Shown here: positions 37,696 through 47,131 of the stretch, one piece after another
Layout of the letters: the number at the start of each line of letters is the position of its first letter
How positions within the stretch are numbered: position 1 is the first letter of the stretch
Assembly: GCA_027729925.1 (NCBI GenBank)
Contig: JAQCEB010000003.1
Coordinates: 2,996-66,995 of the forward strand
Length of the DNA stretch: 64,000 bases
Source of the DNA: Actinomycetota bacterium
Lineage (GTDB): Bacteria; Actinomycetota; Acidimicrobiia; Actinomarinales; Actinomarinaceae
Direction: 5' to 3'
Program-made: the position numbers and the translations under genes
Notes under the pieces: model-generated
The model's input: only the letters and a program-made list of their open reading frames with translations
Told to the model about the DNA's origin: nothing
The model's database searches: none

Positions 37696-38921
37696 AAATT
37701 TAAATTTGCTTTTTTTCTCCAAGAACTAAAACTACTTGGATAAAAGTCAATAGGTTTCACTAATCTTATAGCTGGAAACTCAACTATTGGTTTAATGTTT
37801 TTAGATATAAATTTATATTTAGGTACAGGTGCAAAAGTAACTGAAATCTTTTTATCTTTCAATATTTTTATTGGATCTCCAATATAAACTTTCAATTCTC
37901 TTTTTTCATTTAATTCTTTTAAAGTTTGAAGTATAAAAATAATTCTTTTAGTAGATACTTTAATTAAATTAAGTAGTTTTTCGTCAAAAATAAAAATCAC
38001 AGGTAAATCAGCATAAAATTTTAAAGCTGGGTCATTATCGCCTAAAGATTCACCTGTTATCCAGACATACTCTGGAAAATTATTTACATCTTTAACAACT
38101 GTTTGTGGTCCAAAATTATTTAATATATCCAAATTAAAATTTTGATTCACCTGGTCAATTGATGCTACATTTGGCCAAGACTCTATTGGACAGTTATATT
38201 TTAGTTCACAACTATTGCATAATTCTTTTGCTCTATTTTGTACTTGATTTTTAGCAAAGCCATATACTTTTCCTGTTTGATTTCCCATTACCCATTGCCA
38301 ACCAAGTCTATTTGAAAATCTAGATCCATCTAGTAGGTGTTTAAACATGTAGTCTTCATGTGTTTCCCAATTTTCGTGATTTCTTAATCCAAAATGGGAA
38401 GCAAACCACATTCTTGTCTGATTAACTATATAGCCAGTATTCTCAAGTTCCTTTTTTATGTGAGAAATACAATTCATATTATTTGTTAGATTTAAATCTA
38501 ATTTCCTATCAGTAGTAACTTTAAAATTTAGTGCTTTATTAGATTTTTTTCCGATAATTGCGTATAGATGTCTTGAAAATTCTTGCCATAAAAGCTCATC
38601 TCTAAACTTACTTTTATCTTCATATTGAAATGATTCAACTCTTTTCCAAACATCAATTAGAGAAATTAATCCATGTCTTATATATGGTGATAAATAGGAT
38701 GAACCTCTTTGATGTTCAGGAAGTACATTATTACGTTTTTTAGAGTAATTTGAAATATCTAAGTTTGATAATTTTTCGTCTGCTACAGATTGTCCACCTT
38801 CAAGTTTCCCTTCAACATACGTATCACAACATAAACTAAAAAAATGATCTTCAATTAATTGTCTATTGTTTTTCTTTAAATCTAAGAGCAGCATTAAGGT
38901 ATTAGTATATACCTTGCCCAA
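37692..38921 (-). CDS. Photolyase/cryptochrome-superfamily protein with inverted domain order (NewPHL-like)
   Basis: 409 aa. FAD-domain motifs come first (SYLSPYIRHGLIS, ELLWQEFSRHLY, RMWFASHF, HLLDGSRFSNRLGWQWVMG). A segment resembling the alpha/beta photolyase domain comes last (YVWITGESLGDNDPAL, VIFIFDEKLL, RIIFILQTLKELNEKRELKVYIGDP). Confidence 0.75.
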   Translation of the reverse strand: MGKVYTNTLMLLLDLKKNNRQLIEDHFFSLCCDTYVEGKLEGGQSVADEKLSNLDISNYSKKRNNVLPEHQRGSSYLSPYIRHGLISLIDVWKRVESFQYEDKSKFRDELLWQEFSRHLYAIIGKKSNKALNFKVTTDRKLDLNLTNNMNCISHIKKELENTGYIVNQTRMWFASHFGLRNHENWETHEDYMFKHLLDGSRFSNRLGWQWVMGNQTGKVYGFAKNQVQNRAKELCNSCELKYNCPIESWPNVASIDQVNQNFNLDILNNFGPQTVVKDVNNFPEYVWITGESLGDNDPALKFYADLPVIFIFDEKLLNLIKVSTKRIIFILQTLKELNEKRELKVYIGDPIKILKDKKISVTFAPVPKYKFISKNIKPIVEFPAIRLVKPIDFYPSSFSSWRKKANLNL

Positions 38922-39117
38922 TTCTTATATTTTTAACTATTGGTAAACTACCTTCTTCAACAATGTCAAAATTGACTCTCTGACCTTGCCTTAAAGTTAT
39001 AAAGATGGAACCTTTTAAAGATCCTTTTTGAATGAATACTTCTTCTTTATTAGTGTCTAAAACAATAATTCCATTTCCTGTATTAGGATCATAAGACTTA
39101 ACAACGCCTTGCGACAT
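38902..39117 (-). CDS. Cold-shock-domain-like small protein
   Basis: 71 aa with the OB/CSD-like pattern GVVKSYDPNTGNGIIV...EVFIQ...LRQGQRVNFDIVE, although the RNP1/RNP2 aromatics are degenerate. It has a TAATG 1-nt overlap with rpmB. Confidence 0.65.
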   Translation of the reverse strand: MSQGVVKSYDPNTGNGIIVLDTNKEEVFIQKGSLKGSIFITLRQGQRVNFDIVEEGSLPIVKNIRIGQGIY

Positions 39118-39305
39118 TAAGCTTTAACTACTTTTCCAGCTTTTAGACATGAAGTACAAGCTTTAATCTTTTTGGTATTAGTGCTGTCAGCTACTTTTAC
39201 AGTTTGAATGTTTGCTGACCATTTTTTACTTGATCTTTTGTGTGAAAAAGTAACTTGCTTTCCAAACCAAGGTCCTTTACCACAAATATCACATTTTTTT
39301 GCCAT
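39117..39305 (-). CDS. rpmB: 50S ribosomal protein L28 (Zn-ribbon C+ form)
   Basis: 62 aa starting MAKKCDICGK, with FSHKRSSKKW and a second CxxC (CTSCLK). Confidence 0.93.
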   Translation of the reverse strand: MAKKCDICGKGPWFGKQVTFSHKRSSKKWSANIQTVKVADSTNTKKIKACTSCLKAGKVVKA

Positions 39306-39388
39306 AGTTCCTTCTAAATTTTCAATTTTAACTATAACTAATTTGCAAAATTGTTGGTACTTTCATTTAAATTCTTTTTGGGTTATGT

Positions 39389-41515
39389 TTGATTGTGGTT
39401 AAAAGAAGTTTTACATATTTAAGTGATATTAATCTTGACACCTTAAATGGTTTAGGAGACAAAAGATATAGTTTACTTAAACGTAACGATTTATTCTCAA
39501 TAACAGATTTACTAAGATTTTTTCCAAAAAAACATATTGATAGATCTTCAGTCAAATTAATTGAGGAAATTACTAATAATGATATTAACAGTGAAGTTAC
39601 TGTTATTGCGTATATTAAAAAAGTATCTGTTTTTACAACTAGATCAAGACTTAGAATCACTACATTAATTATTACTGACGATACTGGAGTTATAAATGCA
39701 AAGTGGTTTGGTCCTCAGTACATCGAGTCCAGATTTAAAGAAGGTGAAAGAGTTGCAATCTCGGGAAAGCCTGAAATTAAAAAATCAGGAACAGTTGAAT
39801 ATAAAAATCCAACAATTGAAAAATTTGATGATTTAGAAGATCTCAATGAAACTGGATCATTAATTCCCGTTTATAACAAACTTGAAGGCATAACTAGTTC
39901 ATCAATTAGAAAAGCATTAAAACAAGTATTTAATATTATTTCAACAAAAAAAGAAGATTTAGAACCTGGCATAGAGGATGTTCTTCCGGATATTATTTTG
40001 AAAAACTTTAATCTTCTAAATAGATTAGATAGTTTGAAAGGAATACATTTTCCTCAAGATAAAAATGAGTATTATGCTTCTAGAAGAAGACTTGCAATCG
40101 ATGAATTTATATATTTAAGAGTGATTTTTGAAAGTTTAAAGAAAAATTATAAGAAACAATCAAAAGGTTTTTCATACAAAGTAAAAATAGATGAAGTAGA
40201 AAATTATATAGGTAATTTACCATTTTCACTCACTAATTCTCAGAAGAAAGCAGCTTTTGAAATATTTGATGACCTCAAAAATGATTATCCAATGAAAAGG
40301 CTTTTACAAGGAGAGGTGGGTTCTGGCAAAACTGTTGTTGCTTCAATTGCAATTTACTCAACAGTACAATCAGGATATCAAGTAGCATTGATGGCTCCAA
40401 CAGAGGTTCTTTGTGAACAACATTTTAAATCTCTTAAAAGTTTTCTAGGTAAATCAGGAATTAAACAATATTTATTAACATCTTCTACTAAAGAAAGAGA
40501 AATCATTGATAGAAAAATTAAGGAAGGTGAGCCAGGCTTATATATAGGAACACATTCTTTAATTCAAGAAAAAATTAAATTTAAAAATCTTGGCTTAGCA
40601 ATTATTGATGAACAACAAAGATTTGGTGTTGATCAAAGAAAAAAACTAATAACTAATGAAAACACTATACCAGACCAATTAGTAATGACAGCTACGCCAA
40701 TACCAAGGACAACGGCGCTATCTATTTATGGTGATCTTGATATAACAACAATAAATGAATTACCCCCAGGTAGAAAAAAAATAGAATCTCATCTATTCAA
40801 TGGTTTAGAATCTGATAATTTGAAAGTATTTGAAAAATGTAAAGAACATTTGGATAAAAAATCTCAAATATTTGTAGTCTGTCCTTTCATTGAGGAAAGT
40901 GAAAATTCGGATATTCAAGCTGCAGAAGTTGTATTTCAAGAATATACAGAAAAATTTACAAAATATAACGTTAAATTACTGCATGGAAGAATGTCAAATG
41001 AAGACAAAGAAGAAATTATGAAAAAAATGATACGTGGAGAAATAGATATATTAATTTCTACTGTTGTTATAGAAGTAGGTATTGATATTCCTAACGCATC
41101 ATTGATGGTTATAGAAAGTGCAGAAAGATTCGGATTAAATCAATTACATCAATTAAGAGGAAGAGTTGGCCGTGGAAACAAGCAATCTGAGTGCATTTTT
41201 CATATTACCAAAAAGAAATCACTTACAACCATAAGTGATGATGGAAGAAAAAGACTTGAAGCAATAGTTCTATTAGATGATGGATTTAAACTTTCAGAAA
41301 TTGATTTAGAAATAAGGGGAGAAGGTAAGGTTACGGGGACAAGTCAATCAGGAAAATCAGATCTTAAAGTTGCAAATCTCAGATTTGATTATGACCTCTT
41401 AAGTGAATCTAAATATATATTTGACTCTATCAATGATGAAAAAATAAAATCTAAAATACTAAAAGAAGCTGAAATGTTTTTTCCTAATTATTTCAAAGTT
41501 GAAAGCAGCACATGA
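39389..41515 (+). CDS. recG: ATP-dependent DNA helicase RecG
   Basis: 708 aa. Wedge/OB N-terminus and helicase motifs GEVGSGKT, DEQQRFG, TATPIPRT and QLHQLRGRVGRG. Confidence 0.95.
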   Translation: MIVVKRSFTYLSDINLDTLNGLGDKRYSLLKRNDLFSITDLLRFFPKKHIDRSSVKLIEEITNNDINSEVTVIAYIKKVSVFTTRSRLRITTLIITDDTGVINAKWFGPQYIESRFKEGERVAISGKPEIKKSGTVEYKNPTIEKFDDLEDLNETGSLIPVYNKLEGITSSSIRKALKQVFNIISTKKEDLEPGIEDVLPDIILKNFNLLNRLDSLKGIHFPQDKNEYYASRRRLAIDEFIYLRVIFESLKKNYKKQSKGFSYKVKIDEVENYIGNLPFSLTNSQKKAAFEIFDDLKNDYPMKRLLQGEVGSGKTVVASIAIYSTVQSGYQVALMAPTEVLCEQHFKSLKSFLGKSGIKQYLLTSSTKEREIIDRKIKEGEPGLYIGTHSLIQEKIKFKNLGLAIIDEQQRFGVDQRKKLITNENTIPDQLVMTATPIPRTTALSIYGDLDITTINELPPGRKKIESHLFNGLESDNLKVFEKCKEHLDKKSQIFVVCPFIEESENSDIQAAEVVFQEYTEKFTKYNVKLLHGRMSNEDKEEIMKKMIRGEIDILISTVVIEVGIDIPNASLMVIESAERFGLNQLHQLRGRVGRGNKQSECIFHITKKKSLTTISDDGRKRLEAIVLLDDGFKLSEIDLEIRGEGKVTGTSQSGKSDLKVANLRFDYDLLSESKYIFDSINDEKIKSKILKEAEMFFPNYFKVESST

Positions 41516-42045
41516 AAGTACTTTCAGGAATTTATAAATCAAAATTTATAGAAACTATAAATAGCCCTGATACTCGTCCTATGATGAGTAAAGTAAGAGA
41601 ATCTATATTTAGCTCATTACAATTTTTTATACCTGGAAAAAATGTTTTAGATTTGTATGCAGGATCTGGGAGCTTAGGAATTGAAGCTTTAAGTAGAGGT
41701 GCCAATTACGCTACGTTCGTTGAAAAATCAATTGAATGTGTAAAAATTTTAAATAAAAACCTACAGCATATTAGTAATTATAAAATTACAAACATTTCCG
41801 TACATAGTTTTATTGAAAATTCGATTCTTGAATATGATCTTATTTTTTACGATCCTCCTTTTAAATTAAAAACAGAGACAGTTGCAAACGAATTGATTGC
41901 TATAGAAAAACTTATGGAAAGAGATGGAAGATTAATTGTACATAGGCACTCTGCTTCTGACAACTTTGAAATAGGTAAAAATTTAATATTTGAAAAAGAC
42001 AAAAAATTTGGACAAAGTATCATTTACTTTATAAGAAAAAAATGA
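41512..42045 (+). CDS. rsmD: 16S rRNA (guanine966-N2)-methyltransferase
   Basis: 177 aa with RPMMSKVRESIFS, DLYAGSGSLGIEALSRGA and DPPF. Confidence 0.88.
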   Translation: MKVLSGIYKSKFIETINSPDTRPMMSKVRESIFSSLQFFIPGKNVLDLYAGSGSLGIEALSRGANYATFVEKSIECVKILNKNLQHISNYKITNISVHSFIENSILEYDLIFYDPPFKLKTETVANELIAIEKLMERDGRLIVHRHSASDNFEIGKNLIFEKDKKFGQSIIYFIRKK

Positions 42046-42509
42046 AAGTTTTAATCCCAGGTTCATTCGATCCGCCAACAAATGGACATATTGATGTTAT
42101 TAACAGATGCTCAAAAATATTTAACAATGTATTGGTTGGTGTTGTAATTAATCCTTCAAAAAAATCGTTATTTTCAAAAGAAGATAGAAAATTAATGTTA
42201 GAAGAAATTTTTAAAAAAAATTCAAATGTGGAAATCGATAGTTTTGAAGGTCTTTTAGTTGACTTTGCTGAGCAAAAAAAAGTAAATGCTATAGTGAAAG
42301 GCCTAAGAGCAATAACTGATTTTGATTACGAATTTCAAATGGCTCAATTAAATTCAACACTAGCTTCATTTGAGACTATTTTTATACCTTCATCACCAGA
42401 ATATGGTTATTTATCAAGTTCAATGGTTAAAGAAATATATTCATATGGAGGGGATGTAAGTTCATTGGTTCCAAAAGAAGTACTAAATAGGATGAAGAAT
42501 GAAAGATAA
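42042..42509 (+). CDS. coaD: Phosphopantetheine adenylyltransferase
   Basis: 155 aa with PGSFDPPTNGHID and SSSMVKE. Confidence 0.95.
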   Translation: MKVLIPGSFDPPTNGHIDVINRCSKIFNNVLVGVVINPSKKSLFSKEDRKLMLEEIFKKNSNVEIDSFEGLLVDFAEQKKVNAIVKGLRAITDFDYEFQMAQLNSTLASFETIFIPSSPEYGYLSSSMVKEIYSYGGDVSSLVPKEVLNRMKNER

Positions 42510-42996
42510 TAATCTTGATTTTAATGAGTTATCAAATTCAAATAAAAAAATTTCTTTAGTTGACTCTTTAGAAAACTTAAGAAAAAAATTAAATTCAAAC
42601 TCGATTGTTAGCAGGTTAAATAAAAAAGAATTAATTGAAGAGCTAGACGAGATAATCGACACCATACCTGTTGAATTAAGGACTGCTAGATGGATTGTTA
42701 GAGAGCAAGATTCATTTATTAATCTAGCAAAGGAAGAAGCTGAAGAAATAATTAAAGCAGCAAAAGTTGAGTCTGAAAAACTAATTGCAGATTCATATGT
42801 TCTTCAAGAAGCAGTTATAGAAGCAAATGCACTTATTAAACAAGCTGAGATAGAATCCCAACACTATAGAGCATCTGTAGAAGATTCTATTGATTTAAAA
42901 ATTGATGAAGTGCTACATAGAGCTACTCAATTAGTTACTTTTCTTGAATCTGAAAAACAAAAATTAAGAGAGCCAAGAAATATAGACAAACCATAA
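42499..42996 (+). CDS. Hypothetical coiled-coil protein
   Basis: 165 aa, charged and helical, in the conserved slot between coaD and yceD. I recognised no family. Confidence 0.5.
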   Translation: MKDNNLDFNELSNSNKKISLVDSLENLRKKLNSNSIVSRLNKKELIEELDEIIDTIPVELRTARWIVREQDSFINLAKEEAEEIIKAAKVESEKLIADSYVLQEAVIEANALIKQAEIESQHYRASVEDSIDLKIDEVLHRATQLVTFLESEKQKLREPRNIDKP

Positions 42997-43007
42997 ATTA
43001 TAAAAAA

Positions 43008-43499
43008 ATGCAAACTGTATTTAAAACCATAGAATTGTTGTATGCTAAAAAGCCAATAGAAGTAGATAGAATTGGTAACTTAGAAATTAAACTTGGCAAT
43101 AATCAAATCTCTAATCAATCTGTTGTTAAATCTAGTATAAAAATTATCATTGAAGATGAGATTCTTAAGCTAAATTTAGATGCAAAGTTTGAAATTATTG
43201 CAACTTGTGGAAGGTGCTTAGAAGAAAAAACTATCAATGAGTCAAGTTATAAATACTTTAAAGTCAATTTAAGTAGTGAGAATGATTATGAAATAATTTT
43301 GAGCCAAGAAAACATTGATATTTTACCTTTTTTATCTGAAATAATATTAGATAAGATGGATGAAAATTATATTTGCCAAAAAAATTGTAAAGGGTTGTGT
43401 GCAACATGTGGTATAAACTTAAATAGTAATAATTGTAATCATCTAGAAAAAAATTTAAAAGAAAGTCCATTTTCTTCTCTAAGTAAGCTAGATTTGTAG
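43008..43499 (+). CDS. yceD: DUF177 (YceD-family) protein
   Basis: 163 aa with CGRCLEE and C-terminal CKGLCATCGINLN Cys pairs. It sits immediately upstream of rpmF, as is typical. Confidence 0.8.
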   Translation: MQTVFKTIELLYAKKPIEVDRIGNLEIKLGNNQISNQSVVKSSIKIIIEDEILKLNLDAKFEIIATCGRCLEEKTINESSYKYFKVNLSSENDYEIILSQENIDILPFLSEIILDKMDENYICQKNCKGLCATCGINLNSNNCNHLEKNLKESPFSSLSKLDL

Positions 43500-43517
43500 T
43501 TTGAAAGGAAATTAAGC

Positions 43518-43700
43518 ATGGCAGTACCTAAGAAAAAAATGTCTAAGTCTAGAACAAGACGTAGAAAAGCAACTCATAAAATTTCAAAGCCGCACTTCAT
43601 TGTAGATCCTGAAACTGGGATAGCTAAACAGTCTCATCGAGTTAATCCAGAAGACGGCACCTATAACGGAAGACAAGTAAAAGAACCTAAAGTAAATTAA
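43518..43700 (+). CDS. rpmF: 50S ribosomal protein L32
   Basis: 60 aa starting MAVPKKKMSKSRTRRRKA. AAGGAA RBS upstream. Confidence 0.93.
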   Translation: MAVPKKKMSKSRTRRRKATHKISKPHFIVDPETGIAKQSHRVNPEDGTYNGRQVKEPKVN

Positions 43701-43707
43701 TTATTTT

Positions 43708-44679
43708 ATGAAAACTATTGCTGTAGATGCAATGGGTGGTGACTTTGCACCAATAGAAATTATCAAAGGTGCTATTCGCGCTAAAGAAAATAACATCAAT
43801 GTTGTTCTTTGTGGTGATGAAAATTTAATTTATCCATACCTAGGAAGTCATGAGATTCCTGTTTATCACTATCCAGAAATTATTTCAATGAATGATGACC
43901 CAATTAAGTCCGTGAGAAGTAAAAAGAATTCCTCCATAGTTGGATGTATGAAGCTTGTTGAAGAAAATAAAGCTCAAGCTGTATTTTCAGCTGGATCAAC
44001 CGGTGCAACACTATTAAGTGCAATTTCAGTTTTAGGTAAGCAAAAAAATGTAATAAGACCTTCAGTTGCCTCTGTACTCCCATCACCTAGTGGAAATGTT
44101 ATACTTTTAGACTCTGGCTCAAGTTTGGATGTTAAACCTAAAATTTTATATCAATACGCAGTAATGGGATCGAAACTATTTGAAATTCTTTTTGGAAAAG
44201 AAAATCCAAGAATTGGTCTTTTAAACAACGGTGAAGAAGAAACTAAAGGAAGAGATATTGAAAAAGCAGCATATAAATTGCTTCAAAATAGTTCTTTAAA
44301 TTTTATTGGAAATGTTGAAGGTAGAGATTTTGCTAAAGATTCAGTAGATGTTTTTGTCACCGATGGATTTACTGGAAATATTGTGCTAAAAACTATGGAG
44401 GGTACAGCGAAACTTCAATTGGATTTTATTTCTAAATCTTTAAAAGAAAATTTATTTAAACCATTATTGTTACCAGTTAAAAAAAGTTTGCAGCCAGTAA
44501 AAGACAAATTAAACCCCGATAATACAAATGCCTCATATTTATTAGGAGTAAATGGTGTTGTAATTATTGGACATGGTTCATCAAACGAAATAGCAACCTA
44601 TAACGGAATAAAATTTACAGATAATGCGCTGAGAAAAGAATTTATTGCTAAATTTTCATCAGCTTATATGGACTTATGA
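43708..44679 (+). CDS. plsX: Phosphate acyltransferase PlsX
   Basis: 323 aa starting IAVDAMGGDFAP, with DGFTGNIVLKTMEG. Confidence 0.93.
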   Translation: MKTIAVDAMGGDFAPIEIIKGAIRAKENNINVVLCGDENLIYPYLGSHEIPVYHYPEIISMNDDPIKSVRSKKNSSIVGCMKLVEENKAQAVFSAGSTGATLLSAISVLGKQKNVIRPSVASVLPSPSGNVILLDSGSSLDVKPKILYQYAVMGSKLFEILFGKENPRIGLLNNGEEETKGRDIEKAAYKLLQNSSLNFIGNVEGRDFAKDSVDVFVTDGFTGNIVLKTMEGTAKLQLDFISKSLKENLFKPLLLPVKKSLQPVKDKLNPDNTNASYLLGVNGVVIIGHGSSNEIATYNGIKFTDNALRKEFIAKFSSAYMDL

Positions 44680-45353
44680 AAGATTTAAGTAATTTTGAAA
44701 AAAACATAAATTATAAATTTAAAAATATAAATTATTTGAAGATTGCACTTACCCACAAATCATATATTGATGAAAATCCAAAGCTAACCTCCAACCAAAG
44801 ATATGAATTTTTTGGAGATGCTATTTTAGATTTTGATTTAACAGAATATTTATTTACTAATTATCCTAATTTTGATGAGGGAATGTTAACAAAAATAAGA
44901 TCTAGTGCTGTAAATCAATCTAATTTAGTTAAATTAGGAAAAAAAATTGATATTGGTAGCTTTATTTATTTAAGTACTTCCGAAGATTCTACAGGTGGAC
45001 GAAATAAGGATTCCATAATAGAAGATTCAGTAGAAGCATTAATTGCTTCGTTATATTTTGATGGTGGCTTAAAAGCAGTTAATAATTTTGTATCTAGATT
45101 TATTTATCCTGGAATAAAAGAATTATCAGAATATCCGGGTGAAAAAGATTATAAAACAAGACTTCAAGAGGTTTATGCAAAAAAAGGTAAAAAAGTAACT
45201 TACTCAGATGAAGCATTTGGTCCTGACCATGATAAAAGTTTTCAATCGATAGTTTTTCTAGAAGAAGAAATTATTGGTAGTGGTGAAGGTAAATCTAAAA
45301 AGAGTGCTCAGCAAGAAGCTGCTAAAGATGCATTAAATAAATTAAATGCCTGA
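44676..45353 (+). CDS. rnc: Ribonuclease III
   Basis: 225 aa. RNase III signature NQRYEFFGDAILD and a C-terminal dsRBD (GEGKSKKSAQQEAAKDAL). Confidence 0.93.
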   Translation: MKDLSNFEKNINYKFKNINYLKIALTHKSYIDENPKLTSNQRYEFFGDAILDFDLTEYLFTNYPNFDEGMLTKIRSSAVNQSNLVKLGKKIDIGSFIYLSTSEDSTGGRNKDSIIEDSVEALIASLYFDGGLKAVNNFVSRFIYPGIKELSEYPGEKDYKTRLQEVYAKKGKKVTYSDEAFGPDHDKSFQSIVFLEEEIIGSGEGKSKKSAQQEAAKDALNKLNA

Positions 45354-46149
45354 ATTACCAGAAGTAGAGTCTGTCAGAAAATCACTTACATCTGCACTTA
45401 TAGGACAAAAATTAATAAAATTTAAGATTCTAGATAAACGAATTGGAAGATTTAATAGTCGTACTCCTGTTTTAGGTTCAAAGTTAATTTCTATTAATAG
45501 AAAAGGCAAGGTTATTTTCTTAGATTTTTTAAGTTTTTCTATTGCTATACATTTAGGTATGACGGGTAGAGTTATGCTTAATGCTAAACCAAATAAATTT
45601 ACTCATGTAATTTTAGATTTTGAAAAAGATAAAGTTAATTACCAAGATGTACGAAAATTCGGTTTTATAAAAGTTGTAAATAAAATTGAATTAAAACAAT
45701 ATTTGTTAAACCTTGGTCCTGACTCGTTAAATTTAAAATATTTAGAAAAGCTTGAAATTATAGAAAATTCTAAAAGAAAAAAACAAAATATTAAAAAATT
45801 TCTTCTAGATCAAAAAAACATAAGTGGTATTGGAAATATTTATTGTAATGAAATTTTGTATCTTTCAAAGATTCATCCAGATACTAAAGTATCAAACATG
45901 TCAGAGAATGAATGGAAATTAATTTTTAATAACATTAAAAAGGTTTTAAATTCTGCAATAAAAAATAATGGAACAACTTTAGAAGATTTGTCCTATTTTC
46001 TTCCAAATGGTGAATATGGAAAAAATCAAAACTTTTTGAAAATTTACCAAAAAGATAAATGCAATTTTTGTAAGTCTAAAGTTGATAAAATATATATTGA
46101 TAAAAGAGCTACTTATATTTGTGGGAAATGTCAAAAATTAATAAATTAG
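45346..46149 (+). CDS. mutM: Formamidopyrimidine-DNA glycosylase
   Basis: 267 aa with the N-terminal MPELPEVE, an H2TH region, and a C-terminal zinc finger CNFC...CGKC. Confidence 0.92.
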   Translation: MPELPEVESVRKSLTSALIGQKLIKFKILDKRIGRFNSRTPVLGSKLISINRKGKVIFLDFLSFSIAIHLGMTGRVMLNAKPNKFTHVILDFEKDKVNYQDVRKFGFIKVVNKIELKQYLLNLGPDSLNLKYLEKLEIIENSKRKKQNIKKFLLDQKNISGIGNIYCNEILYLSKIHPDTKVSNMSENEWKLIFNNIKKVLNSAIKNNGTTLEDLSYFLPNGEYGKNQNFLKIYQKDKCNFCKSKVDKIYIDKRATYICGKCQKLIN

Positions 46150-47063
46150 ATGTACTAATAGAAAGAGAAGGTTTTATAGAATCTATTCATAATGTTTTTA
46201 TTTATGATAATTTCAATAAAACTAATGATTTTATTTTTCCTCGTTCTTCAGTTAAACCATTCCAAATACTTCCTTTATTAATTGAAGCAAAAAATCAAAA
46301 TATAAAATTTTCCAACGAAGAAGTTGCTATATTTGCTTCGTCTCATTCAGCTGAAGTCATTCATACAGATCTTATCGCAAGGTTAGCTTTAAAGTATAAT
46401 ATAGATCTCAATCATCTATTATGTGGTCCCCAGAGACCTTTTCATGAAGATACAGCAGATTCACTTTTAAAACAAAATAAAAAATTTAATCAGTTGCACA
46501 ATAATTGTTCAGGAAAACATTTGTCCATGTTGATATTTGCAAAGTTAATCGATGCTAGTTTTGAGAATTACACTTCAAGAGAACATGAAACACAAATAAG
46601 AATAGAGGAATATTTTAAAAAAATTTTTAATGATAGTTTTTTAGTTTATAGTGTTGATGGATGTGGCTTACCAGCATTAAAGGTAAATCCACAAGATTTC
46701 TGTTTAGCTGTCAATAAAATTCAAGAAAGTGCTGACTCAGATGTTTGGTATCAAATGTTTAGTGCTTATAACTCATTTCCTGAATTAATTGGTGGAACAA
46801 ATAGGACTGATACAAATATAATCAAACATAGTTTTAATGATTCTCTTGCAAAATCTGGTGCTGAGGGTGTCTTATTTTTTACTAATAATAAAGATACATT
46901 TTTATTTAAGTGTCTTGATGGAAACAAAAGAGGGGTAGACTTAGCAGCTACTAAATTTTTATACGATAAAGGATTTATTTCATCTTTTCCATATGAATAT
47001 ATTGAAAAATTTTATTCAACAAACACACAAGATATAAAAAATATAAAAATTAATGTAATTTAA
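46119..47063 (+). CDS. Asparaginase II-family protein (Rhizobium AnsA-type)
   Basis: Pattern EREGFIESIH, RSSVKPFQ, ASSHSAE, NNCSGKH and DGCGLP. The likely start is the ATG at 46128. Confidence 0.75.
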   Translation: MWEMSKINKLDVLIEREGFIESIHNVFIYDNFNKTNDFIFPRSSVKPFQILPLLIEAKNQNIKFSNEEVAIFASSHSAEVIHTDLIARLALKYNIDLNHLLCGPQRPFHEDTADSLLKQNKKFNQLHNNCSGKHLSMLIFAKLIDASFENYTSREHETQIRIEEYFKKIFNDSFLVYSVDGCGLPALKVNPQDFCLAVNKIQESADSDVWYQMFSAYNSFPELIGGTNRTDTNIIKHSFNDSLAKSGAEGVLFFTNNKDTFLFKCLDGNKRGVDLAATKFLYDKGFISSFPYEYIEKFYSTNTQDIKNIKINVI

Positions 47064-47131
47064 TTTTTTTCTGAAATTGTAAACAAATAGTACTTTTTAC
47101 AACTATTATTAGATTAACAACAGGGTAATAA

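Noticed and set aside
37696-37722. Longer start of the DDN gene overlapping the photolyase by 31 nt
   Set aside because: The internal ATG at 37695 forms a classical ATGA stop/start overlap with the photolyase. It still leaves the full DDN-family N-terminus.
47064-47131. Hairpin TTGTAAA-N12-TTTACAA upstream of smc as a terminator
   Set aside because: The 7-bp all-A/T-dominated stem with a 12-nt loop and no clear T-tract would be thermodynamically marginal.
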